Shown here: positions 1 through 33,084 of the stretch, in pieces
Numbering within the stretch: the first letter of the stretch is position 1
How the letters are laid out: each line of letters begins with the position of its first letter
DNA from: Eutreptiella sp. 'Long Island Sound 2002'
Taxonomy: Eukaryota > Protista > Euglenida
Direction: 5' to 3'
NCBI GenBank assembly: GCA_964036045.1
Contig: OZ038378.1
Location: forward strand, 195,734,001-195,798,000
DNA: 64,000 nucleotides
Position numbers and translations under genes: made by a program
The notes under the pieces: generated by a model
The model's input: only the letters and a program-made list of their open reading frames with translations
The model's database searches: none
What the model was told of the DNA's origin: nothing

Positions 1-1
1 C

Positions 2-604
2 TACACAGTCCTGAGGAAATTGGGATGTCGCTGGTCATATGTACGTCTCCTTATGTGTCCGCTACCCCTTCGCAGGCCCAAAGTATGGGACGGAATCATG
101 CTAAATCCGTCTAAGTAGACACTGCAGTCCGGATGCGATCACACATGGCGCCATTTCTCGAAGGTCCACAGGGACGAAAAGGAGGCACTGGGCAGACTTA
201 GGGTGGAAACAAAAGAAGAGTTGGCCACGTGGTATGAGCCGGACGGAGGATGGACTACGTGGGTCATGGGGATGGAGGAGGAGGATAGGGTGTGCCAAGA
301 GGTGGAGGACGCAAAGCGGGATCGGGCGATGGAGGCGATGCGTAGGTGCATGGGTGTGAGGGTGGATTTCCGTGGGTTTCTGGAGGCAGTTGGGATGAAC
401 GGCAGGAGGCAACTATGGGGTAAGCTAAAAGGAGTCCTAAAGGGAGAGGAGGAGAGAGAGCTGGAGAGGTTGCGCTCTCTGGGAATTTGGAGGCGGAGGC
501 AGGTAGATGATGAGGAGAAAAGGAGGGAAGCGAGCGGAGCACAATGGCTGAGGGGTAACGGGGGTCGGGGAGCAGGTCAGGTAGAGGAGAGGGCAGGGAG
601 GTGA
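2..604 (+). pseudogene. Possible decayed coding remnant (retroelement-like)
   Basis: Frame 2 is open from the window start to 604 except for one TAG; purine-rich; no diagnostic motif. Confidence 0.2.
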
Positions 605-3600
605 ACAAAGAAGGGTGGGCCGGGCGAAGGGAGGAGCGGGGAGAGAGGAGGACGACAAATTTCTGAAAGCAGTGGTGGAGGAACACAGAGGAAGGCAGGG
701 CGGCGGTAGAGGCGGGCCGGAGAAAGGGATCCGGGAGGCATAGATATGTACATCTCGGTCCCGGAGGTGGAGGTAAAGAGTGGGAAAAAGCATGGGAAAA
801 GGAAAGGAAAGTGCTGGGAGAGGCGGGTAAAAGAGGGGAGCGCGCAATGGAGAATGGGACCACTATGGGGCAGATTAGGGAGGCGGCGTTCCCCGAGGCA
901 TGGGTGGACGGCTGCGGCGGAGGGGGGGGGGTGTTGAGGAGGGCATGGGGGAGAGGAGGAGAAGGTTGAGAGAAAAAGATAGGGAATGAGGGAGGTGCTT
1001 GTTGTTTTGGCCGAAATTCCGTGAAATCGCTGAAGCTCGAACCGTCAGCAGCTTTGCTGCATCGGCAATTCGCAAACTTTTGTTCTACCAATTCCTCGAA
1101 ATTCTATAAGAGTTGAAAGCTAAGACTTTGGATACTGTTAATTTATGATAAAAACTAACTCTATCAGTTCAATTCCTAGTCCGGTTCGATTTTCAGTGTC
1201 AGATCAGAGGGAAAAAATCGAACGGGAATGGAAACAGAATACATGGACATGGAGAGTTAAATTTTATCATAAATTAACAACATCTAATTTTAAAGAACTT
1301 GGAGAAATCGGCCGAATAAAACTCTGAAAATCACCTATGCAGCAATGCCAGCAGCGGCGGTGTGAGAGCCCATGGTTTACTGGTACCTACTTCAAAGGTA
1401 AGGTAAAAAACTTGCTTCCTCCACCTACCGGTGGTAATGTCAAAAATAACCTGTAGCAACCGGTTGTTTTGAAAACCACCAGGTTGCATACCTTATTACA
1501 AACACCCTTGTAGTTTTCCACTGGATCAACCTTGACCTGCGAATTGTGTGTGATTGCAGAAAATGACATGTGCATTTTAAGATCGGCCATCTGCAGATTT
1601 GCCCTTGTTGATTGGATGTCTTGGTGGCCTTTTCTAAGTGAAAGTGCATGTCCATCAATTCAACCAGCAAATTGCACACCAATTCAGAAAAACCAACGCA
1701 GCCCAACAATAATCATAAATCCACATTCCATTCTGACTTGCGGCTTAGCTTTGAGAAACCCAAAAGACGTCAAAAAATTGTTACATTCCAGAAACAAAAA
1801 AAGAAACAACAGCTTGATAACTGCGGCAAAAGAAGCCCGGAATTAAAGCAGTAACAGCATCACCAATGACGCTGAGATCCTGCAGGCACAGCGTGTAGCA
1901 AGAGAAGCAGAAATTTACTGCAGTAACACCCTCAACACTGACCATGATCCTTGGAAACCACAGAGATAATTGTCGATTGTTAATGACCAATGTGACTGTT
2001 TTGGGCCTCCTTGCACTCCCTGGCGAGGCCAGCTTGTATCAGCAGCTGGAACCCTTTCTATGACCATGGACCTGCTGTCTGTGATCATTTTCATGTGGAT
2101 CCCATTGCTAACACCACTCCTGGCCGCCCATCTGCTTGTGAATTGACACACCACATACTCCCTCTCCGTTGCAATCCTGTTCCTCTTTCTTCCCCTGCTC
2201 CCTGTCGTTTCGGGTCTTTTGGGCAAAATGAGAATCATCTGAAGCCGCTGTGTATTGAACCCCCTCAGCCCTTGTCTCAGCTACACCCAGGCCTGAGATT
2301 AATACAGTACCTAAGCCCCCTGCAGCTTGCACAAGGCGTGTGTGGCATGTAAAAAGACTAGCAGTAGAATTGCAACTGTGAACCATAGCATGCATGGTGT
2401 CCCAGTCAGCAAAACACTTGCTTGGGAGGCACGCACCTTCCAAAAAATAATACCCACCCTGAAACGCCCTCGATGGTCGCAAGTACACACCAACAGGCTC
2501 CCCATTCATGTGCATGTGGAACACCTGTCTACCAGGCACAAATAAAATGTTCCACGTTTTGTGTGTCAGATGCTGGACACAAAAAGGGTTGTGTGGCTCA
2601 GAACAAAAAGAAAAATGCTAAATCGGGGGAAGAAAGGCCATCAAATCTCAACAGAAGCAACGTGACTCAGCAAACAAGTGACACTGCACATCTATCAATC
2701 ATCTATTCTCACCAGGACCAAGGGGGAATGTTTTGCCTGGCGCGTGCCTGGCGCATGCCCGGCGCGCTACCTTTGTATTAAGTATCCTATCACTAGCCCC
2801 AAGTTTATCCTCACCTTGGGAAGTCCCCCAAACAGGCTGCACTAGACCGCAAACCTTCCATGCAAAGCACGTTGCATACACCGAAATATGAAAATTCAAC
2901 AACACAAAATGTCACCACCACCCTTGCCATCATCATAAACTGGGTGCAAAGGATGGGCCAGATTCTTAGACACGGCGAGAAGGTACTCCAGATTGTTTGG
3001 AGAAGGGGGGCAAAGACAGGCACAGGTGGGGAATGGTCAAAACAACAAGCCCGGCGCGCGCCCGGCGCGCTCATATTCCCGCCAAATACAAATTAGGTCC
3101 AAATTAATACCGTACCCACGGCCCCCGTAGCCGGGGCAATGGGGAGGGGGGAGGGGGCACACCAGAAAATCCATTGCACACATGCCTATCTCCAAATCCC
3201 TGCCCGTGCCTGTTTGTGGTCATGGCGCTGCTCACGGAAAATGCACTGGGTTCTGGAATCAACCACCCTGTCTTCAGCATCCTCGGCTCCAGGGGCTCAC
3301 AGGCCTGAAATGCCTGCCGCTTCGAGTGTCCTTCACACACAACTCGTCAGCGCAAAACTGATTGTCATGAAACCTGCAACTTGTTGGGATGCATAATGCG
3401 TCATTGCAGTCATGCATCTCATCGCATCTCTTGCAAAATGATTTCCTTATACCTCAGCAAGTTTTCATAGGAGTTGAGTGAAAGGAGGGGGTCGAAGGTT
3501 TTACCCCTGCCTGGCTAGGAAAAGAAGCTGGCCACTGGGCATTTTGAAATGCGGCAGGTGAGAAGAAGCTCTTGAGAATGGAGCCTCATTAGAGCAATTG

Positions 3601-4401
3601 GGGGAGGTGCCCTTAAAACCAGACAAGCAGGGCTGCAAAGCCGACGGAAGGTGTAGAATTGGAAATGATGAGGAATGGAACCAAATCACAGGCAACAAAT
3701 GTGTAAATTGGAGTCTCCAAAGAAATCTGAGGCTCTTCATAATTTGGGGTTAAACAGTTGACAGTCAAAAAAGGTTTTTCATTGCAACCAGACCGAAGCT
3801 TGCAAAGCTTTCTGCAGGGGGTCCGATGATTGAAATGCCTGATGCCAATGGGGTTGTAGTAGCAGGGGGGGAGGGGGTCAAGGGCATTGGTTGTGAGAAA
3901 GCTTTTTGCAAGGTGCAGGGTAAGGGTAATGTGCTGACGTGTGAACTGTCGGGAACTACAAGCTGGCAAGGGGGAAATCGTGCATATTGATCGGTTGACA
4001 CCATCGCTCTCTATAAAAGAGGGACCACAGCTCTGGCCCAACGTGTCAAGTGTGGCGTGGAGTCGCACTCTTCCGTTGTGCGTCAGGAGTAGGGATGGTA
4101 CCCTTAGGGCCCAAAAAGGGGGTGGGGGAGCGCCAGGCACAGCAGTGGGAAACCCCCAGTGATTTCCTGCTTGTGGGCCCAGCCTGCTTGGTGCTTGGGA
4201 CACAAAAATCGAAAATGTCCTGCTGAGTGCAGAGAGTGGCCAGATTTATTTGGTGTGCAACCGCATACACTTCTTGCCCTCGCACGGATTGCTGCTGCTT
4301 CCTGTTACAGAGCAGCCCCACAGGATAAAATCAGGCACTGACGAGCCACCCATGCAGGCAGGCCTGTAGAAGACACGAGTAGGGCAAACAGTGGAGTCAA
4401 C

Positions 4402-24356
<19,955 letters not shown>

Positions 24357-24400
24357 TTTTAAGGCAAAATGTGCCTACAGAGCTCTGCCGAAAAATAGTG
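24357..24400 (-). promoter_or_regulatory. Candidate 3' acceptor (possible spliced-leader trans-splice site) 18 nt upstream of the PRP8 ATG
   Basis: ctctgtAG|gcacattttgccttaaaaATG, AG at 24375-24376; pyrimidine-rich stretch upstream. The function is inferred. Confidence 0.3.
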
Positions 24401-27400
24401 AGGCAGGTGTTTGGACCGAGTTACTGGAGCGACGAACCCATATCACACACGAACTGCAAGTGATTTGACAACCCGCGGATTTCTTACCTTATCCGAGCCA
24501 GTGTCGCCAACTGCCGACTGAAAAGGGGGCGATTGTGAGCTGCAAACGAATAACGACCACCCTCTTTCAAACGTCTGAATTAGCAGATTGTCAACATTTT
24601 TCGCCTGGCCACGATTCTGCCACACCAAGTGGAGACAACAAACAAGGTAAGTATTTCGAATAGTAAATTAACAAAGGGCTTTGCTGCTTAAAGAGACATC
24701 GCTATCGCTTATTGCCATGTGTGCATATTTTACAGATGAAACCTGGTAGCGAAGATGGGTCAGTCGAGTCACTTTGCACTGAGTCCATGCTTCTCTTGCC
24801 CGTGTTGCCTGGTGCCTCCGTCCAAGGTCACGTCTCCTACTTGGACCATGCATGTTCGTGTGTGGGTGACATTCGAGCAGATTTCGGCAAATTTCTGGCA
24901 TTTGGATCACGTGCGACACATGGCGACCAGACGTTTCCAGCTGTGGCCTAAGAATTGAGGATTTTTGTTCAAAAGGGACAACGGATGTCAAGACTTTCAA
25001 ATTTTAAGTGAAGGTGCAAATCTTGCATCGGTGTGGAAAATCACAGTTCAGAAGACTTTATTTACTGCAGTGTAACGGGGGGGGGGCTTTTCCGGATGGT
25101 GGGTGCCATTGTGGATGTGAATTTTTTGTGCAGAGATACCGTTTCTCCCGCAAAGGGCGGGTTCGACAAATGGGGACAAATCTTTGCTCGTGCCATTTTG
25201 TCGAAGGCGACGCAATTTTGGTTCTTGACGATTTGCTGGTGGCAACTCAAAAGGCATAGCGTTTTTTGTCGTCAACGAAGAGTGGTAAACTTGAACTTAC
25301 GAACAGCAAGGTGCATGGTTGAATGCAACCAAACCTTAAGGCGAAGAGGGCACTGTTCGGTGTGAAACGCAATCCACTTTTGTGGTTGACCAAGTCAATG
25401 CACCCACCCTTATGTGCAAAATTACAAGAAAGATCGGCCAATGGGGGGGCGTGGCAGTCCATAGCGGAACTCTTGGTGTTTGCTGCCACAAATATGAGGT
25501 CGGCCATTCGAGGGGATCTCGAAGTAGGACTTTCTCTCTTTGTTGCTTTATGCTAGTTGTTAAGACCACATACATTGCAAGACACATGGCAAGGGCACAA
25601 CGTATGAGTTCTTGGCAAAACTTTGTGCACAGTCGTTTGAAGGAGCACCTTCCTCAATTGCGTTCCATGACATGTTATCGAGCCTAAAGGCCCGCAAGAA
25701 TGGAATAACCGAAAGTTTGAGATGTGTGAAAACGGGAGGCTAAAATGGGCCACCTCATCAACCGACGCCCTGGATTTCCAAAGTCTAAAGCAAATACTTG
25801 GGGTTTCCCCTAGATAGATAGATAGATGAAGCCCTTTATTGCCGAAAACCGGCAGGACAATGCTTTGTGCTTGTGCGTGCATCGATAGGCCCAAAGCACC
25901 TCCACTTAGGGGTCCCCCGAAAACGCCTCTTTTCATTGCTTCCCCGCATCACCACGCGTGGTGTCCCCACGTCCCCCCCGTATCCAAGACACCCTCTCAT
26001 GGTAAGATATGATGAGAGGGGAGGGGAAATAGGCAAGGGGGGGCGGTGTGTAGTGACGTGTTGTTTTGTGTTGTGTTGTGTTGTGTTGTGTTGTGTTGTG
26101 TTGTGTTTTGAATTATTTGTCGTATATCCCAACACTTGTGTTTTGTTTGGTATTATGTGTTGTGTAACACACCACGACACACCATCAACACAACACAACA
26201 CAACACACCACACCATGACACAACACAATGCACCACATGCCCTACAATATGAACTAAATGGATGCCCTTGTTGACGTGTTGCCTCAAGGGAGACAAGGGC
26301 GGGGGGGCATTTTTCACCTCCATGTTGGGTGGACATGTTAATGTGCTTCACGTGGAGCTTATCTTCATCGTAGATGATTTGGTTGTGCCTAAAGTTATCA
26401 AACTTTTGCACGCACAAAATGGTTTCCTAAAACATACATGCGCGATGGATTACAAGTTAGCGGGCACGCATCTTGGACTGCTCCATGGTGGGGAGACACG
26501 GATTCCCAATGGCCCCAGCACACCAAGCAATCTTCATCCATGGGACTCCGATGGGTCCAATCGCTTGCAGCAACGCTTGTCGGATTTTCCTCCGCATGAT
26601 TCTAGGTTGTCACATGATGCACGTGTTGCCTGTATGACTTCTTCCACCGAAAATGACTCTACTCGCCAACACCTTCTTGTTGTTGACAATTTTCTTTCCC
26701 TTTGTTGTTGTGCCAATGCCGTGCACGTGTGCATCGGGGGTCCGCAAAAAAAAATACGAGCTCCAAAGGACTGATTCGGGATCGCAAAGGAGCGAAGACG
26801 TCTCCCCGTCCCCATCGTGCGTCCTTGCCATGGGTTGTGGGACAATGAAGGGACAAGTGCAATTGTTTGTGCTCTCGGGAGGTCATGGTTTACATTGGGG
26901 TGTGCGGGCGGTTGCGAGGCCTATTTTTGGACTCCAAACCAATTTTTCACCCCTCAATTGCAAAAATGCACCATGGCTTCTGGTGCAAGCGCGACCGCGA
27001 GCTCAAGCTCTAGCTCAATCTTTAGTGCACCCGAAGGGGATGATGTCGTTGTGCCGCCTCGGTGCTGTGGTGCAAGAAGCACTGTGGGCCTCCCATAACT
27101 GGAGCAAGCCACCGGCCTCGCTGGGTACCACCCTAAGGGTCACCACCTTTCCTTGCCTCCTCCTTGCCCTCTGCACAAAGGACACACTCCTCCCTGCCCC
27201 GTGTCGTGCTACTGCACCAAAAGCGTACTTGATGTTCCTCAGCATGACACGACCGTGGCATCAACAAGTCTGCTTTTTGTGTGTCCTCCCCCCTGCATGC
27301 CCTTTATTGGGGATAGGGATGCGTTTGGTCCTCTCGACCTTGCTTCACCACGCTTCAAGATGCACTGTGTCGTGCAAAACCACTGTGGCAAAATCGACAC

Positions 27401-27858
27401 CCCAACCTCACAAATATGGACAACCCGGTGCGAAGCGCGGAAAAACGTATCAGTCTTTCAACGAATGTCTTTACTAGATCCCGGCAGGAGGGTTCTACAC
27501 CTTTCACAACAAGGGGGGTCGAAAGGTACTCCAGCATCGTGTTCTCCTCGTGTTGTCGGTGACACCCAAGAGAACACGAAAGTGTCACGCTCCCAAACAC
27601 AGGTGCCTGAACCCCCTGCTTGTCTAGCCTGGGCTGAAAAACAGTGACGGCAACCCGAAAGCCTGGGCAACTAGGGAAACCCAGAAATGTCTCCTATTTG
27701 CACAAAGGGCCGAAGGTTAGCACCGACAGTAGGAAAAGCATGTACATACAGATTTGGTCTCACCGTTTGGAACTAATTCGCACTGATTTGGTCTTGAACA
27801 TGAACGGGCGCTTTGGGCCAATTTATGTTTCAGATTTGTGGAGAGTAACGGGGTCTTG

Positions 27859-30505
27859 ATGGTTGGCCACGCAACCGATATCACGGCTCGTTCGTCGCGG
27901 GGCGTCCTAAAGGTAATTGTGATGTCCGCCAGTTGCATAGGGCATTTACTCCGTGATGGCGAAACGGCGAATTGCTACCTCGTGGTCACCATTGACGGGG
28001 ACACGCAGACGACATCGGTGGCATGGAGCCAGGCTCTTCCTGGGTGGAGCGAGGTGTGCACCACTTCAACGCTTGTGCAAATCAGCGAGAGCGATTGGGG
28101 TTGACGGCATGCAACCCCAACAAATAGCTCCCGACACCCCTTCCCCAACGAGGCAGCCTCATTTTGTGTCGCCTGCACAAACACGATTTGTAGGTCCAAT
28201 CAGGTGCATCAGGTCGCAGGGGTGCATTGAAAGGAGAGGGCCAGAGGAGGGTCAGGAGCGATCAGCAAGACGATGGGCAGGGGGTTGGCAAAATGGTTCG
28301 CAGCGGTTGCTGTCCGTTGCAAAGCCGTTGGGCGAGGCATCTGGCGAACGGGAGAGAAAGCGGGTTGGTTGCAGGCTCGGCCCACTGAAGGGGGGAGCCC
28401 CCCCCCCCCCCGTAACGCATGCCTGCGTCAGAGCCAGGGGTGCATCGTTTTCGCGGACACCGTCATGGACGCGTGGCCACGCGTGTGGCGCTTCCTTGGC
28501 TTCTGCTCCGTTCCCACCAAGACGTAGCCGTGGCACCTTCTCGTCATCCTTCAACTGCTGATGCCTATCCCTTGTTCGTACCAACGAAGCGAAACACTGC
28601 AACGGGTGGCTGGATGGGTAGGTGGTGTGTGTGGGGGGTGGGGTGGGGGTGGGGGGCATAGTTCCGCACCCTCCGGGACGCGTTTCCAGCCACGACTCCC
28701 AGTGGAAGAGAGGGATGTAGATGGGACCCCTTCCCAAAGGGGCCCGCGACTGGTGGTGCGTTTGCGGTGGTTGGTGGTGGTTGTTCGGGGGTTGTCTGTG
28801 GTTCTTCGGTGGTTGGCGGTGCTTGTTCGGTGATTGGCAGTGGTTGTTCGGTGGTTGGTCGTGGTTGTCGGTGGTTGTTCGGTGGTTGGCGGTGGTTGTT
28901 CGGTGGTTGCCGGTACCCCACACCACTTTCTAGACGACTTTTTGGTTTGAGGTGGTGGGTAAGGCAAAGGTGTTGGTGAGGATGCGCTTCAAGCTCGCAC
29001 CTGTTCGCCGCTTCAAAGGTTCTGGCCCTGCCCACTCGAACCCTCCGTCTCCTACTGAAGACCCTGTCAAAGGCACTGCAATGCTGCCACAGGAGTTTAC
29101 ATTTTTCCCGACGATATCGCGGAACGCCGAAGGCGAGTTCAAGGTGACGAGTGATTGCAGCCTTCGTTTGATGAACAAGCTGAGCAACGGTGACAAATGC
29201 CTGGTGACAGGCACCGCTCGTTTGACAAGCCTGCCTCGCAGCTACTTTGCCACACAAGTAGTGAAGCTGGACGAGTCTGCGCAAGTTTGCCTCATGCTAC
29301 AGGCGGTGGATTTTGGGACGGGTCTGTCCTTTGCTGCGTCTGATTGATTGGGCCAGGCTGCGCAACGGGATGCCCTGTTCGATGCAACATGTTGGTGGCG
29401 TAGACCTGCGATTTTTTGAGGAAGACTGCTGTGTGACGACTGTAGGTTGGCAAATTTCGCGGTGCACATTCAGTTTCATGGATAAGAGGGCAAGTCCGTT
29501 GCGCCGCTCGAGGGCGATCAAGAGGTGATCTCATGCAGACTTACACTTTGTACGAGCACGGGCCTGCCTTTGCACGGCGACCCCGTCTGACCGTTGTTGT
29601 CCCGAGCGCAGTTTTTGTGGTCGAAACCCCAGTCGACATGTACGTCCGAGGCTGTAGTCTGGGAGAAGGCTTCTGGCTTTTTTGCCAAGTTTCCGTGTAT
29701 TCATAGCCCTCCCTTCCAAGGGGAGCTTGAACCCAGGGCTCCTGTCAACAACTCGGCACCACTTGGGGGGGGTGGGTGGGAGGTCCCACACCACCCACCT
29801 CCTTCCTGGACCCAACCCGGCCAAATTTTCTTCCGGACCTTTGGCCAATCAAAAATTTTCTCTAACGCCCTCGGCGCCAATTGGTTTAGACCAAAACATT
29901 TTTTCCGCGCCTTCGGCGCCTCTAAAAGCTCAGCACCACTGGGGGGGGGGGGTGGGACCCACCCCCCCTGAAAAGGAGCCCTGCTTGAACCCATGCCAAG
30001 AAGATGGCCAACCAGGGATTGTTTAGGGCTAATGCCACCCAAACCCTCTTCCTCCCCAGGCTTCCTTTGCAGAGCGTCTTTTACATGATCGCACGTAAAA
30101 GTGGCATTTGTGCTCAAGGAAGGGCACCGACAGTGCAGCGGTAAGATCGATTGGCAGGGGAACTCACGGGCGGATGGTAAGAAATGGAAAATGGGGCCGA
30201 CTGATGGCGATTGCGAGGAAACGGCATTTCTTTGGCTGCTGCTTTTTCTGGTGCGAGGAAACCCCGGTACAGCCCATGGCAATCGACAGTGTGCATTCAG
30301 CAGGGTGGCCAACGTTGGCGGTCAGCGGATGGTTTGGGACGTCAGCCACTGGTTCGGGACCTCAAGAGGCAATTCAGTTTTCGTCTGGCACCAAACCGAC
30401 TGGGAGCGGGTTGTGCCCTCAGTGGCTCCGTGTTTCGCTCAGACTCTCCGCATCGGCCAGATTCCCCGCAAGAAAGTGCCTGCAGCACATGTGAGCCCCC
30501 CGCAG
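27859..30505 (+). CDS. C2-like-domain protein, 5' exons 27859-28053, 29093-29321, 29474-29639, 30301(or 30304)-30505
   Basis: Spliced product reads VLKVIVMSASCIGHLL...CYLVVTIDGDTQTTSVAWSQALPGWSE|EFTFF...SLRLMNKLSNGDKCLVTGTARL, fitting the C2 pattern (L.V.V..A ... Y.V.V ... T.V ... P.W.E.F.F). Junctions are GT-AG with consistent phases (0,1,2). The start Met is inferred. Confidence 0.65.
28217..28425. mobile_element. Diverged hAT-like MITE (family A-related)
   Basis: CAGGGGTGCATTGAAAGG ... AACGCATGCCTG termini; TSD decayed. Confidence 0.5.
28760..28912. repeat. 11-bp GGTGGTTGTTC-type tandem array
   Basis: Direct reading; inverse of the array in 43613-43947. Confidence 0.85.
29734..29983. mobile_element. 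hAT-like MITE family E, full length
   Basis: TIR CAGGGCTCCT / AGGAGCCCTG; perfect 8-bp TSD CTTGAACC (29726-29733, 29984-29991). Confidence 0.88.
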
Positions 30506-31344
30506 GTATGCAGGCTGCATTGTTGACCATATGAGGCCATCGTGCAGGAGTGCGGTGGCGCGGAGGCCAGACGTGTTGGAGGGGTGGCCTTGGCGAGAGG
30601 AAATCGCTTCACGGGGTGGGGGTGGGGGCACGGGGGCCCATTTCCCAAACCCCTCCCTCCCCTAGTCATTTCTTTACCTCCCCCACCACCGGAAATAATT
30701 CTCATGAATGAACATCCCTCCTGACTGACATTGTCGCAAGCAAGCACCAGCGAAAGGCGACCTGGAAATTGCTCCAAGGCCGGCTGGGGGTTTGGCACGG
30801 ACGCCCGCCGAAGGGGGGGTTGGAGAAATGGGCTTCTGTGCCGCGCCTTTGTTTTTTGTAACAATGGATGTTGGCGCCGAGCACATTACAACCGCAATCC
30901 TCTATTTTCGTTTTCAAGATAGATGGACTGGGAAGAAAAGGCAAGAGGCATGCAATGCCGCACGGAAGGTTCCACACTTTTTCTGAACACTCCAATGGCA
31001 ACTCTGTGCGGGTTTGTAGGACAAGCAGCTAAAATGGCATGACAAGACTGCGAGGTGCGCTGCCTGCTACATGAGTTCTTGCTCATGCAGCCCGTTGCGT
31101 GCGCACGCTGGGCAGCTAGAGTGGGCACATGCGCTGCAGCAACCACCAAGATGCATCCGTTTTGCACACAAACCATGCTCATGGCCTGGAGCATCAGCAG
31201 ACAACACAGGAGCGTCGGTGTGCTACAGGTCGAGTCATGAGCCGTTGCTACGTACTCTTTTTTGCCGCTTTGCGCTGCAGCGCGAAGAATGGCTGTTGTG
31301 GCACTTGCAGCGGCAAACACCAGTGTGCAGCGGTGATGGCAGCC

Positions 31345-32750
31345 ATGGGGGGCACCCAGGTGCAGCCCTTGACCCCGACACACCCTAAGCATTCTGGCCC
31401 CCTGAAGGGGGGGCAGAATGACACGCAAACGGCACACCATGCCACATTCAGCACAGCCCCAACACACCAACTACTGGGCTCCGCGAACGCGGAAACGACA
31501 CCAGCAAGAGCACCGGCCGCAGCGGTCGACAGAAAGCAGCAACCCGACGCAACATGCGAAGGGAAGAACGGGTGACCGTCCAGGGCCCCGTAAAGGAGCA
31601 ACAACCAGACGGAATGTCACACAGGGGGGCTGGGGGGCGGGGGGAGCCGGGCTTGGGTCCCGGGTACCCCAACATACAACACACCTCAAAATGATCCCCT
31701 CGTCGCACTGATCATTTTGAACACATTTGTGTGGGGGTTTTGAAAAGGGTTTCTCCCCCGGGGGAATCCCCCACGCCAGCCATCGTCCGGCCTCAGCAAC
31801 CGTAAACAGCCGCAAGCGGTTCTGTTTTCTTGTCTCTCTGCGCCTGGGGCTGCGCTTTTCGGGTACGGCCCTGGCCTCTGCGGCTGCTGGGCGTGCCACT
31901 CTGAGTTGGGGGTACCATCAGTCCCCAGCGAGAAAGCCACGGTCACACGGCGCAAGGCGGCGAGGGGAAGGGGCCGCCATGCAGGCCCCCAGACCACACG
32001 GATGTGCGTGCTGGTCTGGACTGTGTGTGGCAGAGCGGATAACCGAGGCACCGCTTCCCACTGCTGCTATCCACGGGGGGCGCCCAGCTGCAGCCCTTGA
32101 CCCCCCCCCCCCCCAGCCCACCCCACCCCACCCCACCCTTCAAAAGGGCCAAAATGTTTAGAAGGTCCGGACCACATTTGGTCCAAATTGGGCGCCGGGC
32201 GCCGGAATTTTTTTTCAGCGTATGTTGCGGGGTAAAATTTCGTTTTTGTCCCACGTGTGTATCCTCTCAATGCTAAGAAATTCACGGGGAGTCCAAATAT
32301 GTGTGAAAACACCGAAAAACGTTTCTGACCCCTCACCTCCCCTCTCCAGCCCCCCCAAAACCCGGCTGCTGGGACCGGACCGTCCGCCGTGCCGGGAGGG
32401 GGGGTTCGGGGCGGGGGTGCCCTACCTGCCGTGCCGCGGGGAGGGGCTGGGCTCCGCGAACGCGGAAACGACACCAGCAAGAGCACCGGCCGCAGCGGCC
32501 GACAGAAAGCAGCGACCCGACGCAACATGCGAAGGGAAGAACGGGTGACCGTCCAGGGCCCCGTAAAGGAGCAACAACCAGACGGAATGTCACACAGGGG
32601 GGTCGACCCCAACATATACGGCTCAAAATGATCCCCACGTCGCGCTGATCATTTTGACTACACATATGTGATGGAAAATTTTTTCGTGGAAAAATTATCG
32701 AGCCAAAATTTGTGTTCCGGCGCCCAAGCACTGCTCCTCTCTTCCACATG
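31345..32750 (+). repeat. Two diverged composite repeat units (family B core + hairpin module J)
   Basis: GGGCTCCGCGAACGCGGAAACGACACCAGCAAGAGC...GGAATGTCACACAGGGGG at ~31475-31628 and ~32448-32600, each followed by CAAAATGATC...GATCATTTTG. Confidence 0.75.
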
Positions 32751-33084
32751 CATATCTTGCCTCGGTACATTCGGGGTTGCTTCCTCCCAGGCCTCCCATC
32801 CACGGCATGTTGCTGTTAATGGTGCACCCCGGTGCCGCTGAGGCAGTCGGGTAAAGATACAAAAATACTGTGAACAGAACCGTGAAGATCCTCTGGGCTG
32901 AAAATGGCCATTGGTCGCGCCCATTAACAGGCACCATCGCCATCAGGTAATGGACACCAAAATTGATATACTACAATTTCGGGTCGGTCCTTCGGCAGAT
33001 ATTTCAGCATGCTCATGGGGTGCGCATTGTAGTGCCAATGCGTCAGCACGTATGACGGCACTGTCTGCTGTGCTGAACCTCCAG

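Noticed and set aside
24700-27480. Additional small gene between PRP8 and the C2-like gene
   Set aside because: ORFs are short, lack codon bias and do not form a phase-consistent exon chain.
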